From NCBI GenBank assembly GCA_022813865.1, contig JALDZX010000002.1, positions 310,001 to 374,000 of the forward strand: DNA of 64,000 nucleotides, written 5' to 3'. The stretch's first letter is position 1. Each line of letters starts with the position of its first letter. The DNA comes from Xylographa opegraphella (Eukaryota). The notes below the pieces were generated by a model that was given only the letters and a program-made list of their open reading frames with translations, did no database searches and was not told the origin of the DNA. A program made the translations under genes and the position numbers. Positions 11,831 through 25,077 of the stretch are shown here, in pieces.

Positions 11831-13797
11831 ATGATGGGTGGATCGTCCCCCATCAGTATCGGAGTGCAATCGCGTCCTGGTCATACGTCTCCAGGGCAGC
11901 ATACATCGAATCTGACGTCGGCCTTGCAGTCTACCACTGGCAACGAATTACGCTCCTCACCCTCGATGTTCATTGGGAGTGGTAAAGGCAGATCATTTGG
12001 TACAGGCCGACATGATTCCCTTAGTGGAGGTTTATCAGGCTTGACACCTCAGCATGGCACCGGAGCGCAACCAATATCGATGACTGGCTCGAACCGAGGC
12101 CAGCCGCGACGAGAGAGCGTGGCTGGAAGCATGGCCGGTGGAATGAGCTGGGGAGGTGTCTCCGTGGGCAGTTGGCTTCGTGATGAGTACGTCCTCGAGT
12201 CCTGCAGCATTCTAATTTGCCGCATATAATGGCATCTGATCCGACCCCACGAATTCCTAAGCATCGCCGCCATGCACATTTGCTGACATTTTGAAGCATT
12301 ATGATGCAAGGCAGTTCACCATTTCCATATCGATCTCCCTCTTTTCATTCATCCTCATACCTTCCCAAACTCGAGGCGACCTTTATGAAGGACTTCACAT
12401 GCTGCAGCTTGACGCTGCCCTCTCTCCATGAGCTATTGCGGCATTATGAAGAAGCACATGCTCAACAAATGCCTCCGCCTATGAACACACAATTCACGCA
12501 TACCCCACTTGCTCCTCCTGATACGAGAGCTGCAATTGCGAGTGCCGCTGCCTCCAACATGCAACAGCAGGTTCAGCAACAGCAAGGAGGGCACTCTGGG
12601 CAGCCTTCAACACACAGTCTTGGTGTGCCGCGCACTGCACAACACCACCCTCAGTTCAAGGTAGGGGACTTTGCACGGACACCACTGCAACCCGTGCAGG
12701 ATATGGACACTGTTGAGGATATGGAAATGGACGAGACCGATTTCAACTCGACCGCCCTCTCACAGCCAGAGTACTCCAACCTCGAGAACCCCCAGATGAT
12801 TCCTCGGTCGCAGTTTGGCCAGTCTGCTGCTGCTCGACTGCCTCCGCTAGATATGAAGGCGCTTCAGTTCGGAAACGCTTTGCAGGTCCATCAAGGACTT
12901 CGGCAGTCGCAGCCGTCAACGCCTGTCTCGGGTGGTCGACCTGGTGGGATGTACCATAATAATCCTATAGTGTCGTCTGTCAATACTCCCACGCTTACCG
13001 CTCATCCCTTACAACAGCAGCAATTCCGCACCACGCCCGATTCTTCTGCGCCTGGAACACCTGGGGAGCTCGATCCAGAGTTTTTGGGACATATCGATAA
13101 TATGTCTATGGACGCTCAATTCAGCCAGAATATGCCGCCAAGTGTCGGTCGCTACGGTTTCGGGAATGCGAACGATATGATTGATCTCTGCATCGATGAG
13201 CCCGCGAAACGCTTATTCCAGCCGAACGGTGGCTTGAGCAATCAACAACAAGCTCAAGCTCGCCTAGGTGGAAACTCTCAATATGGAGCGAATAGCGAGT
13301 TGGCCCGACGAATCCGTGAGCAGCAGCGCAGGGTTGGCCTTGCCGATACTGTGAATGGACTGAACGGAGAGGAACCTAAGCCTTTCCGATGCCCCGTCAT
13401 TGGCTGCGAGAAAGCGTATAAAAATCAGAATGGATTAAAGTACCACAAAACCGTAAGTATATTTCAGTGAGTTGTGCAGAGATAGCATACTGATTATCCA
13501 CTACAGCATGGCCACAACAATCAGCAGCTCCACGAAAACGCCGATGGGACATTTTCCATTGTCGACCCTGATACTCTGTCGCCATATCCAGGTACTCTAG
13601 GCATGGAGAAGGAGAAGCCATACAAATGTGAGGTTTGCGGGAAACGCTACAAGAACCTGAATGGCCTCAAGTATCACAAATCGCACTCTGCGCCATGCAA
13701 CCCTGATCTCAAGCTTGCCACTGGGATGCCCATCAATACGAGCGGCATGAACGCCAATATTGCTGGGGTGGGCATGGGCGAGGAGATGGTGCAATAA
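11831..13797 (+). CDS. SFP1: Split C2H2 zinc-finger transcription factor Sfp1 (ribosome biogenesis regulator); 2 introns; frame is open without ATG from 11462
   Basis: [31 protein letters not shown]...[61 protein letters not shown]. Confidence 0.93.
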
Positions 13798-15779
13798 TCT
13801 CACGATTCAACAGAATTCGCTGCTTCGCATTCCAATTCCAAACTGCTTCGCTTCTTCACCATCGTCCTAGTACGACTTCGTTTTACAAAAGTTCTACTAA
13901 TCACTTCTTTCGCGGGAAATAAAAAAGTTGCATAGCTACCGGCGCCGGTCTGTCCTGCTTCTACGAACCTCTGGAAAAACGGCGTCTTGCTTTACTCCCG
14001 GTACAGACTATGATATCCCGGCGTCCTCCCCGAGGGGGGAATCGGCTTTCTGCTTTCTGCTTTGCTTGCGGTTCCGCGACTTTCGACACCTTCGCTTCTT
14101 TTTTACAATACTAGGGTAGGATAGATACGTGGATGGGTAAAAGGGACGGCATACGGTACATAGAGACGCTCGCAACACGCCGTGCCTATGGCTGCGCAGT
14201 CGGAGCTTACGATATGTTAATAATGGCAGAATGGATCGCTTCATCACGGGAATACACTGCAATCTCTCTGAGCCTCATCTCCTCGTATGCTTGTTCGTAC
14301 ACAGTACGGATAGGTAGTAAGCCTTCGTCCCCACCCGGCTCTTCCACAACCTCTCCGTATCCGCCTTCTCGCCTCCATCGCACGCCCTCCCACATCCAAT
14401 AATCCCAACCCAACCAACCCTCCCTTCCCACAACTCAGCACGGCAGATCCCACAACCCCCCGTACCCGCAGCCCGCCAAGTCCTCCCCTTTCCTCGCCAA
14501 GTCTCCGCTAGCGCGCAGCCGGGCCCAGACCGCCCCCCCCCCCACCGTCCACACGTCCACTGCCGTGGCGGGGTCCCGGACACTGCTCCGTACGCACTCC
14601 CGCGCACGCAAAAAGCGGCCGGAAATGGGACGCGTTCGGCAGTGACTGCGAGTACCGACTTGGCTGGCGCTGCTTCGGCTGGTGGGGTTGATGCTAGGTA
14701 TTGAAAGGTAGGTAGGTGGGGTGGGTAGTTATTCGTTTTCTACCTACGGTGGCCTGCACTCAACAATGCCCCTCTAAGGGCAGTCACGCCTGCGTTTGCG
14801 GATCTGCTTCGCTCGTTCCTATCCCATCCTATCCTATATTTTAGTTTGAGAGAGCAGGGCGATGCGTGGAAGGAGGAAAGAGCCTTTCGGCCGGCGTCCC
14901 GTCCGTTGGCTGCGTGCGGGTTCCGGGTCGGCACTACCTCCGTGCTGTGGTGCGCACTGGCCGCGCTTTCGCGGACGGAGTAGGACTACCTTAGCTATAG
15001 TTTATGGGTAGGTACCTAGTGGGGAGTGCTGATCGTGACGTTGGAGGGAGGTGGAGTGTGGAGTGTGGTTTACTGTGTACCTACCTACCTTACCTAGCTC
15101 GTGATGTTGGTGGGAGAGGGCTTGATAGCGAAGGGGGGGGATGGGGGAGGTTGGATGTCCTGTAGAGCGGTTGATTGTCTCGTAGAGGGCGTCTAGCTAA
15201 CGGAGATGGGTCCGGGCCGAGGGGTTGATCGCCTGGGACGCTTTGTGGGAATGACGGAGGTGGGGGAGGTGGAATGGCGGTTCGGATGCTACACTGCTGT
15301 TGAGCTACGACTGTCTGGTGTGTGGAGAGGGCGTTTGTAGCTCTGGTCTAGGCTGAGGGAGGAAGGTGAGGTTTGCAGCAAGGGACTACTGTGTAGAGAC
15401 ACGCGCGACACTATTGTGCATTCGGTAGCGATGGCTCCTGTCACGCAATGACAAGTTGCCATGGTTTGTGAAGAATGATCGCATGGTTGGGCTATTCCGC
15501 GGGGCTAGGAAGCTCTCTATCTCGAGATACGCTATTGGTGTAGAAATGGCTCGGCCAATGATGAAGAAAGCCGGAAGAAAAGTTGTGAGCAGATCGCAAA
15601 GTGTAAATGGGTGAAGGTGAAAGCGAGCTGTCCGCGCAGGCGGTGATATGTCCCGAGTCCTAAATAACGACAGAAATATCTTTTCAATTAATAAACTGGC
15701 CCCAAGTGATTTATTTAATCCAGTGTTGTAGATTCGGTTGTAGATACCGTGACGTACCCCTTACGAAACCGGCCACCAA

Positions 15780-17805
15780 CTATTCGTTGTATTCTCCTTC
15801 CGTCTCCTGTAATTTCCATTGTTCCAATATTCTCTGGATCCGTTGGCGACGCATCAGGAAAATGTCTATTTCAGCAGAGGCGGGTGCACCTTGCCGGTCG
15901 TTGGTACATTCATCCACAGGCAGTTGAGGTTCGGCCAGCCCCTGCTGTCGATGATAGGTACGATATCCTTCTTGAACACCCTCGAGGTACGCAACTTTCC
16001 GCTCCTGGTTTGCGGCGCCGGCAAATTTCCACACCCACGACATCTTCAGTGCGAGTAGCTCCAGGTTGGAGTGGGGAAGTCCTATGAATGCGAGAAAATG
16101 ACTAGTAGTAATTAGTAATAATCTATAATAGAACAGTATCGAAGTGCTCACCCGATCGTCTGTCCGGCAAATAACGACATCGGCAAAGCTGTTGCGTTTA
16201 GATCTGTATTGTATTCTATCTGTCTCGCCGCAGCCTCTATGCCATGTAACCGCAAAATTTGATCTACAGCTGGCCACGCTTCAACATATTCTCGAAGAGA
16301 GTCGACAGAGAAAGTCGTCAGTACTGCTGACCTAACGGAAAGAAAGTCTTAATAATGATCAGCGTGGGCAAATTGTAGCACGACTGACTGTGGTATATCT
16401 CGATAAACCAGGTATTCTGAGCTTCCCCAATATCTCATATCCAGGTATCGACCGCGGCTTTTAAGCTCGTGCACAATTTCTCGGACCCGGATCGCTTTGG
16501 CATACTCCGACGAGTGCCCAACATCAAGTTGCTCTGCGTCAATAATCGCAATGTATGCATTTCCGGACCTGTAAGCATCGGATCGAAGCCCTCTATGCAA
16601 GGCCGGTAGCAGGGAATCCCATCTGAGATGTTATTAACGTCCTCGGATATGGAGTACAGGATCGAAGGAGTACTTACACGCTAATGAACGGTGAGGGGAC
16701 GTGAAATCGTCGAAGGTGGTTCTCCGCAGGTCCTAAATAAATTAATTGATGCATCCATGGGTAGGGTATTCTCGAGGTGATTATACCAAGAAAAGCTTCG
16801 GAGAAAAGCCCTGGCTGTGTAACGGGAGTCCTTTCGAAGTCGCCGGATAAGAAACCGCTGGCACAATTTACGCCTCGAGCTTATTATCTAGTCAGTTGTA
16901 GGGATAGTCTGAATTATATTGACATGCTTACAATTATTATCGTAAAACCGAAACACCATATCGTTCTTGGACGAGAGTATCCGCTTTCTCCAAAAGCTGT
17001 CAACCTTATTCTTGTGCAGTGGACTTTTGCAGGGCGTAGGAGGAAGCATAGAAAAGGCATCTCCGTCTGTGTTGAAAGTTGTGTCATTCCAATGACGAGG
17101 GATCAAGCTTCTCAGAGGGCTTCTCGTTGACAGCGAGTAGTAGAGTTTTTGCCGTTTTGATCCACTATCAGGAGTCAAGAGGCCCAAGCGCGTCATTTTA
17201 GAAAGACCACATAAAGGATCTTCTTGCTCGGTATCACCTTCGTATTCCGTCATCGGATTCCAGTCCCAATTCTTTTGGATCTTGCGCTTTGCTTTGTTCT
17301 TATTCAATCGAGCACCAGCATTTTCAAAGATCTTTACTCTGTCTTCGGTTGACTTCCTCGACAACTTGATTCCAATGTCTAACGCTGTGGCCATTAGATC
17401 ATTTCTAGTCGCACTCCAACGCCCATGTGGGTCCGGGAAGCTGGTCTCCATATATACTTCTCGCCAGGCCAAGCTATGCTTACCATCATTGCGGATTTCC
17501 CAAAGCTGAGCGCAAATTGCATTTGCAGAGATCTCTTGTACTTCCCCGCAAAATTTGATAGAACCAGCGAAGTATGCAACGAATACGTCTCGCATATCTT
17601 GATAAGCCAGGGTCCTTTTGCCTCTGGGCCTTTCGGATTCGAACCAGCGTTCCATTATACAGAGAACGGCTTGTTCTTCTTTTGTCCATCGATGAATAGC
17701 GTTTCCTCGGAGGCAAGCTGACACCTTGGAGAAATTATGTCTGAATGGTGTCAGGCAGCCTGGACCGTTGGTACTAACAGAATTCTGTAGAGATAACGAA
17801 TTCAT
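15780..17805 (-). CDS. DUF7587-like protein (possible ADP-ribosyltransferase-like fold); 5 introns
   Basis: Manual splicing gives ...VFRFYDNNSRGVNCASGFLSG...AENHLRRFHVPSPFISVWDSLLPALHRGL...AYIAIID...SEYLVYRDIPQSAVLTTFS...; all junctions are GT-AG and in frame; family assignment is from recalled motif pattern only. Confidence 0.7.
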
Positions 17806-20800
17806 TCTGATATGATGTTCAGAGAAATACTCAGGATCTCATATCCAAGTTGATTGATGCTTTTGATTTTAGCGAGTCGTGTCTATTAAGAAAAGAGAAT
17901 TAGTAAGCTCTGAAGAGGATTGAAATCCAAGAGTGCAAGATCTCACTTTTCTAAGGTGTCGATTCTAAGCTGGAATAGCATATAGGACATAGATCGAAAG
18001 ATCCAAGTAAATAGTGAAAGTAAATCCAGACTCTGGATGAAGGAGCCGATGAGTTTTCATGAAAGCTCGAGAACGATGTTCGGACTCGTAAAGTGTCGAG
18101 CAAAACTAGAGTCAAAATTTTTGTAGCCTTAGGGTTCACTCAGTAATTTTAGAATGTAGCGAGATTGCCGGGATTGACTCGATAACTGGATGACAGAAGC
18201 CCAAGTATTCCGCATTCCTCTTTCCCTGCTCAAGCGATGTGCTTTGCCAAATGATTCTTTACTCAGACAATAAAACCTTTGGTATTTGAATTGCACCGAA
18301 GAGCTAACTTTGGTATTTGGTCCACGAACGGCACACGATAAACCTATCTACGGTTCTGATCGTAATGTCCCTCCAAATGTCCCATGTCCTGAATGATGCA
18401 AGGTTCAGTGTATAATTCCATGGAGACAAACGAAGCTGACTTACCATATAGATACAATTGCGGGTTGCTCCATCTCCTCGAGTGAGGCTCCTACCCACCT
18501 CTTTGACACATTGACCAATGCGCATGTGAGTTCATATACTACGGTCCATTGTCGTTGGCTGCAGCAGGATATAATGACCATCATGAGACCATATACACTA
18601 AGTCTCGAAAAACGCGAGGAACACAACAAACCCCAGCATGGTGGCGGCAATTCTAAGAGTCAATTCTGTTGAATCAACTGTAACAATGTGTCCTTATATA
18701 GAGGTAAGGTACTTAAGAACAAAGGTCAAACCCAAAATCCTGCGCTTCTAATTTTGATCAGAGGATTTGCTGAATTTATGTGAAAGTATTAACTGTGGGC
18801 TGTATAGCCACCATGTTCCGGATCCAAGGGGTCTCATGCCCAAAGATCCAGGACGATTATTCATTGTTTTACTAAACATCAAGAGCTCATAGCCTCGTAA
18901 TCAACAGATAGCATCCTCGGCTCAACAGCGCAGAGTCTGCATGATAAGAACAAGCTGGATGATGAGGTAAGAAATTATCGATGCAGAGCCTGGAGGACAC
19001 CCGCATCGCTGAGTCAGGGTTGAGAGAAGAAACCGAGGTTGAAGTAGGAGAAATGAAGGAACATTGTTGCGTCCAGATCAATCACGACATATTCCCCCCA
19101 TTGCGGACGATGAGATATACTTTGCTTGCTGTCTCCCTCGTCATCATGATACGAAGCCGAAGTGAAAGAATCTGATCCCCGTTCGATAATAGAAAAATAG
19201 AGCTGATATCACAATGTCGGCTCACATCGGTCGCTCCCTACCTAAAGTAGCTTCGCCAACCCCAGGGCACCTTGCCGTATACGCAGAGACACTCACTTCC
19301 AGCGTCATTAATCAATCCTGAGTACAAATACGAGAAGCGGTGGGACGTCTGCCAGCTGCAGGACTACCCGACATTTGACTGCTGAGTTGCTGAGCTGCTG
19401 AGCTGCAGCAGTTCAGAAGAAATGCAATGCGTATGCGAAGGCCGACTCGTGGAAAAAGAGAAAGCACCGCTTCGGGTATCTTGATGCTTTACTCTTCATA
19501 TGGGATCCTATCATTGGATTCCTTCTGGTTTGAGCGAAGTTAAGATGGAGCTAATTCATTTCCGAACCCGAGGAAGATGCATATCGGTGAGAAGTGAGAA
19601 GACCATGACCAATGCTACAGATAACCTTCCATCTGTGCACATTTGGGATCAGAGCTGCGAGGACCAGTCAACATCGCTGTTTCAATAAATGACGAAACGG
19701 CCGTGAAAAATTTCAGTGGTACCTACTTCTAGATGTGATGGCGTAAGGTATGCAATACACGGTCGAAAAGTGTGCCAAGTCGTTAGTCAATCATGGCTGC
19801 GGCGGAAATCGACTTCCGGAGGACGCCGCTAAGTTGTAGCAAGGGTCTCACTAGTGTCAGAATAGGTAAGGTAGACCGACACGATATTAATAGAGGTGCA
19901 GCTTGAGTCACGACTCAACGAGGCTGCCTGACTACCTACTCCCTGTCAAAGAGACGCGCGGTGTAACATGACGAAAGAGAGTGATATGCACAAAACATGG
20001 TGGTCCGCCACGCCAAGCAGCAGATACAAGATCTCAAGAGATTGGAATGATTACCGGCCACCCCCACGGCAGCCACAATCATCCATTCTGACCCCATCGG
20101 TTCTATTTTATCCTCTCCGACTCCCCTTCCTTCGACGGGACACCTCCCACATTCGGCTTAACGGCTGCACGCTTACGGCCAAGTCAGCGGCTACCTTACG
20201 ATAGACTGCCGAGACGCGGGTAGGTATGCATGACATTCGTTTTGCGCGAAAGAAAATGCGGTGTAACACCACCACGACTTGTCACTGCGCTCGGTCACGC
20301 CCTACCCTTGGCCGGCTTACGGCGACGCAGAGGCGAGGCGACTCGGTGGACGCGGATAGGCTGGTTGAGATGCAATGCAAATGTAGACGCGACAAACCCA
20401 TGCACGACCGTTGGAGGATTGATCGAAGGGTCTGTGCGGCGGGAGATAGGTAGGTATTGCTTGCAAGGCTTGTGAAAGAATGGAAATGGACAGATACGGT
20501 CGCACTGGTGGCGTGATTGAGGATCCCGAAGCACGAAGATAATGGTGAATGTCATTGCGAAGCCGCTGGTACGAAGAGGACCACTGGTGGTAGGTATGCC
20601 AGGTTGCGCATACACACATGCTAAGGCTCTTTCAAAGTGAGAGTGGTGAACTTGCGTCGAAGGATATACCATTAACGGAGTCAACCGTTGCTTGCATTGC
20701 TATTTGTTTGCCAGATAGCCTTCATCTGATCCATATAATACGTGTGTGAGCTGTACCCAGACCCATGCCCGTTGCCAGTCCGCAGTTCCCGGCTATGCAT

Positions 20801-20956
20801 TCCCGTCACCATTGAGGTCAGGAAGCCTCTATGATTGTATGTCCCTCCTGTAGGTTACCTGCTATTGCAAATCGTCATGGGGTATCAAAGATGTTGAACG
20901 AAGGGAATGCAACTCTATGCTTGATGATGTTTCTCGGCCGGGAACGTGATGCAGGC

Positions 20957-21170
20957 TCTATCAGATGACAATAGGATTAGCTCAATGTACGTGTCAACCG
21001 AGACCTGTCAAAGAGACATACCAACCACCACATATTCTGTCACATTTTTCGGCGTGAACGACAACCTTCTCTGTGATCCCCTTGCATGATCCGGCTCTTT
21101 TATTTGCACAGGGCGCAGTCTCGACAAGCTGATGGCCACAACCATACTTGTGGACGACTTTTGTGCACAT
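20957..21170 (-). CDS. 49-aa Cys/His-rich microprotein (MCTKVVHKYGCGHQLVETAPCANKRAGSCKGITEKVVVHAEKCDRICGG); stop codon split by intron 20958-21021
   Basis: ATG in AAAATG context after a CT-rich leader; GTATGT donor, GCTAAT branch point and TAG acceptor join TG|A into a stop; MC-x7-8-CGH...C...C...CxxxC pattern. Confidence 0.75.
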
Positions 21171-24100
21171 TTTCGATTCTCGGGGGAAATAAGAAGAGAG
21201 GGGAATGGTAAAGCAGTAGCAGAGAAGATAAGGAGGTTGATGTAGTACGTCGTAGGATGAAGCTAGAGTCTAACGGCGTGCGAGAATGATCATCGGCAGT
21301 GCGTTCGAGGTCTCCTATGAACGCTTATCAGCAAAGATCTCACGATTGCTTAAGTTTTTGTGCTGCTAGCAGCTTACACGAGTCGACACAGTTGTCCGGA
21401 ATCTTGCACTGTCTGATTGGGGCGGACGGTCCGAGGGCAAGGAACGATGGTAGAGGGCGAGGTGCGATAAAGACCATAGGGAAGAAGTAAGGGTATTATA
21501 TGTAGCTGCGAACATGACCCAAACAGTCGGGTCAGTGTGCTGTCCTTGGATAGCCGGGGTGCATGGACGGAAGCAACGACTCGAGGATGTAGCGCACCGC
21601 AAAGGGGATACAAGCAGCATACACAAGACACAAGATGTGTCGAAGCTGTGTCAAGGATGATAGAGGAAGGATTTGGGATTGCCCAGTGTCAGCAGGAGGG
21701 AGGGCTGTCAACGGCAGCTCCCATTCCTCACGCCGTGCTTCGATGTGAGTTCCGGAGAGAGCTCACCCAGCGGTACTGCAGCCAGAGTGGGAGCGGCTGA
21801 GGGAAGGCAAGCTGGTTGCAGGAGGGGTCCAGGAGAAGACGGAAGAGACATGATCTCAATCGTCTCGATCTGACTGGGCTGAGGACGGAGGAGGGGTGTG
21901 GGGTTTTTTGGTTTTGAGGGCGTGGCACAGAGCATCTGCATGGGTGAGGGAGAAAGTGTTTCCATGGACCAACGTTTGCCCTTGGGTGCTTATTCCAGCA
22001 TGGCTGGAACTTTAGGGCAAGGCAACGCGAAGTTAGCGGGTGCGATTGGTGGACGATTGGAGGCTTAGGCCGCCTGACCCCTGTTCTTCCGCTCGGCAGG
22101 GACTCGCTGTGGCGCCCTATCAGTGGGGGAAAGTCGACGAGGGCAGGCAGAGACGGCTGTCAGCAACTGTACGGCCGACGCTGTCGCACACACGCCGACG
22201 GTCAGCTCCTTACCGTTGTGTGAGGATGCAGAAGGCGGGAGATGGATGGGAAAGTGGAGGATAGGGTGACGGACGAATGGCAGAGCACACTGCCATGGTC
22301 GTGATGGACTCAGCAGCTGTGCCTAATAGCTTCACACCATACATCTGGCCAGTCATCTGATCGGACTGCAGTCGCTCAGCTGCTCTAATCTTTCATCTAC
22401 AGGATTGTCGGGGAACACCAAGAACCAGTCGTATCTGACGGCTATAATACTCGATCCTGCTGGTACTACTCTGGCTTCCGAGAGACAAATTCCACTCCAT
22501 GCCGTTGGCCCGCCGCAGTGGAGATATTACATGAGTTGCATTGCCTGGACGAGTCATCAAACGCTGTGAAGCAAACCATATCCGAGATCGAGGACATTAC
22601 CTGGGCAGGCCTGATATGGTCTTTCGCAGGCTCGTGCCACCTCCCTCGAGCTTTCCAAGACGTTGCCGTGATTCACCTGACCTGGCGGCTACGACGACAG
22701 ATATCACCCGGTATTTTGATAATGGTGTGTGACTGTACACCGATGCTTTGGTGACTTCGTCGCAGATGATAAGAAACAGAGCAACGGCCGAGTGTGGTGC
22801 CGATGGCTTTTGCGATTTGAACGGTCGATTTCATTACTGCGTCAGCGTGCATATACGCGTCCTGGGCCTTCCGCCGGTTATGCAAGACGATCATACCACC
22901 GAAGTTACTTTGAGCCTGAATGGATGAAGGACGCACAGATTCATGAAACTAGGAAGATAATAGACTCTAAGGGATGAGAACGGCACGGCTGCTCAGTGCT
23001 CAGGCGGCGATTGTGATAGGTTGCTGATTTGCGATTGCGGCGTCACCTCCGTTCCCGTCCGCATGAGTGGACGATCAAGTGACTTAGCACCAAGACTAAA
23101 AAATGAAGTGGACGAGGAAAGTCGCAATAGTGCCTAACAAGGCGATCAAAGAGGTTCAGCCATACGTTGAGACTCGAGCGAGCAGCTTCACCGAGGATCC
23201 ATCTGGCCTGCTGCACACGCGACGGAAGTGGAAGTGGAATGTAATGATGAACTGTAGGAAGGCTTGTTGCTAGTAATTACTCCCACTTGAAAGAAACACA
23301 TCACTCTGCACCTATGCGACTAACTTTTTCGCAGTACAGTCTACTTCTATTTTCACATCACGAGAGATTGCGCCATGGATGTGCCTAATTTGCATGGCAC
23401 CAGGAGGAATGATGAACGTTGCGGAGATTTGTTGTAGCATTAGCAGGCCTCTCACAATCGGCTAGTGAAGTTTGTGCGGATGACGGCGCTCTGAGACATG
23501 AGATTCGACTATGGACTGTAGCTTCGACAACTGACAGAACGACCATGTTATGTCTTACAGCCCAAATCAGCCCATACAATGCGGAAGGCAGAGAAGTGGG
23601 ACAATCAGATCTTGAACAGCGTGAAGCCTCCGAGTTTATGTACAGCCTCAAAAGCCACATCTGCATCTCGGGTTGCTAACCCTAGCGCCGGTCAATCTTG
23701 GACCAAGTCACAACACCTACCGACTCCCTCTCTAACACACAACATTCCCATGATGGTCCACTTTCATTGTCGTCACCTGTGATTGCGATCGAACACTTGA
23801 ACGAGAATGGGGACCTGACTTTGTTGTATCATCCGAAGTCTCGCGGTGTCAAGTAGAGGACACGTTGCTCTTAAGTTGCGCACACACAACGCGCACACAC
23901 AACGCGCGAGACGAACCGCGAAACGTGCCCCGGTACATGGCCGTGGGCGCTGTTGGATTGGAGTCGAATGTTAGATCAGTCGTGACCGAGATCGAGATCG
24001 GTGAATAATCTCGTGCTCCAGCCGTTACAGTGCTAGAGGCGTGATGTGCAGCCTGGCTCGCCAAAGGTGTTTAGTCGTGATACGCAACGGCCCCGTTATG

Positions 24101-24541
24101 ACGCTAGTGCGTTGGCATCTTGTTTATACCCAGCACTGGAACCATACACCTCGATCAAACATACTATGTGAGAACGCATTCCCACTGACCTAACCGGAAT
24201 GGTTGGCTTCACGTTGCCATGCCCGTCCACAGAATAGATTACAACTTTGATACCCTTCCGGAACATCTCGCTAGTTTACTCGTCGTGGGTGAGAAACAAC
24301 CCTGGTGGGTGCAACAACTATGTTCGCAACACTGTTGTGACGCAGGCTCAGAACCCCTCAGATCGCCATATTTGTATAGCACCACATCCGACTCTACAGA
24401 CTGCTTCCAATGCTTCCATGATACTTCCACTTTCCTTCCAACGACGGATAATCTTGTTCCACGCCGCTCCGATCAATTTCTTTGAAGTCCAAGATCGTCG
24501 TGCCGGTAACGACCCCAATTAATTCTTAATAACTAATTTCG

Positions 24542-24952
24542 ATGCCGCCGTCCACCATGCTCCGGTCGCAGTCCTACTCGACCGAGGTGCCTGCCAATCT
24601 GAAAAGACCTCGGATGAATCTGAACAAGATGCACTCATACCAGGTCTCGACCTCGCCCGAGTACCTCGAGCTGCTCCCTGCCACAACCTATCAGCCGCCA
24701 AGTCCCCGAGGTCGCCTCATAGCCCATCACTACGTGCGCCCCTCGCTCCGGTTAGATCAAATCGCCATGCCGTCACCAGAAGAGATAATTGCCGCCGTCA
24801 CCACGAGGGGCCGAAGGTCAAGCAGCACCAGCAGCACCAGCAGCACCGATACCGTCAGCAGTACGAAGAGCGAGAAAAGACAAGGCCGAATCTTCATGCC
24901 GTCGGCCGGAGGACTTCTGGATCTGTTGGAAAGTCGAGAATTGGAGGAGTAA
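24542..24952 (+). CDS. Small hypothetical Ser-rich protein (136 aa)
   Basis: Single ATG-initiated ORF with protein-like composition (RGRRSSSTSSTSS), convergent with GWT1; no recognisable domain. Confidence 0.55.
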   Translation: MPPSTMLRSQSYSTEVPANLKRPRMNLNKMHSYQVSTSPEYLELLPATTYQPPSPRGRLIAHHYVRPSLRLDQIAMPSPEEIIAAVTTRGRRSSSTSSTSSTDTVSSTKSEKRQGRIFMPSAGGLLDLLESRELEE

Positions 24953-25077
24953 CAGGTACAATCATCAAAACTCATGGGAAAAGGAAGGCGTTGGATTGGG
25001 AGTTTTGCATAGAGCATGGCGTACTGTTTTCCGGTATACCATGCACAGATTGTGCGAGCTTTTCTTTTCCTCATTTC

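Noticed and set aside
18880..19180. Short ORF fragments or a C/D-box-like ATGATGA
   Set aside because: No continuous frame, terminal stem or recognisable rRNA guide.
23676..23686. CTAACCCTAG as a telomerase template or telomere remnant
   Set aside because: Single imperfect copy with no supporting pseudoknot or repeat array; expected by chance.
17900..24200. Transposon relic or RIP-degraded repeat in the long intergenic region
   Set aside because: No terminal repeats, transposase/RT motifs or strong AT/TpA skew; partly explained by the microprotein gene and its leader.
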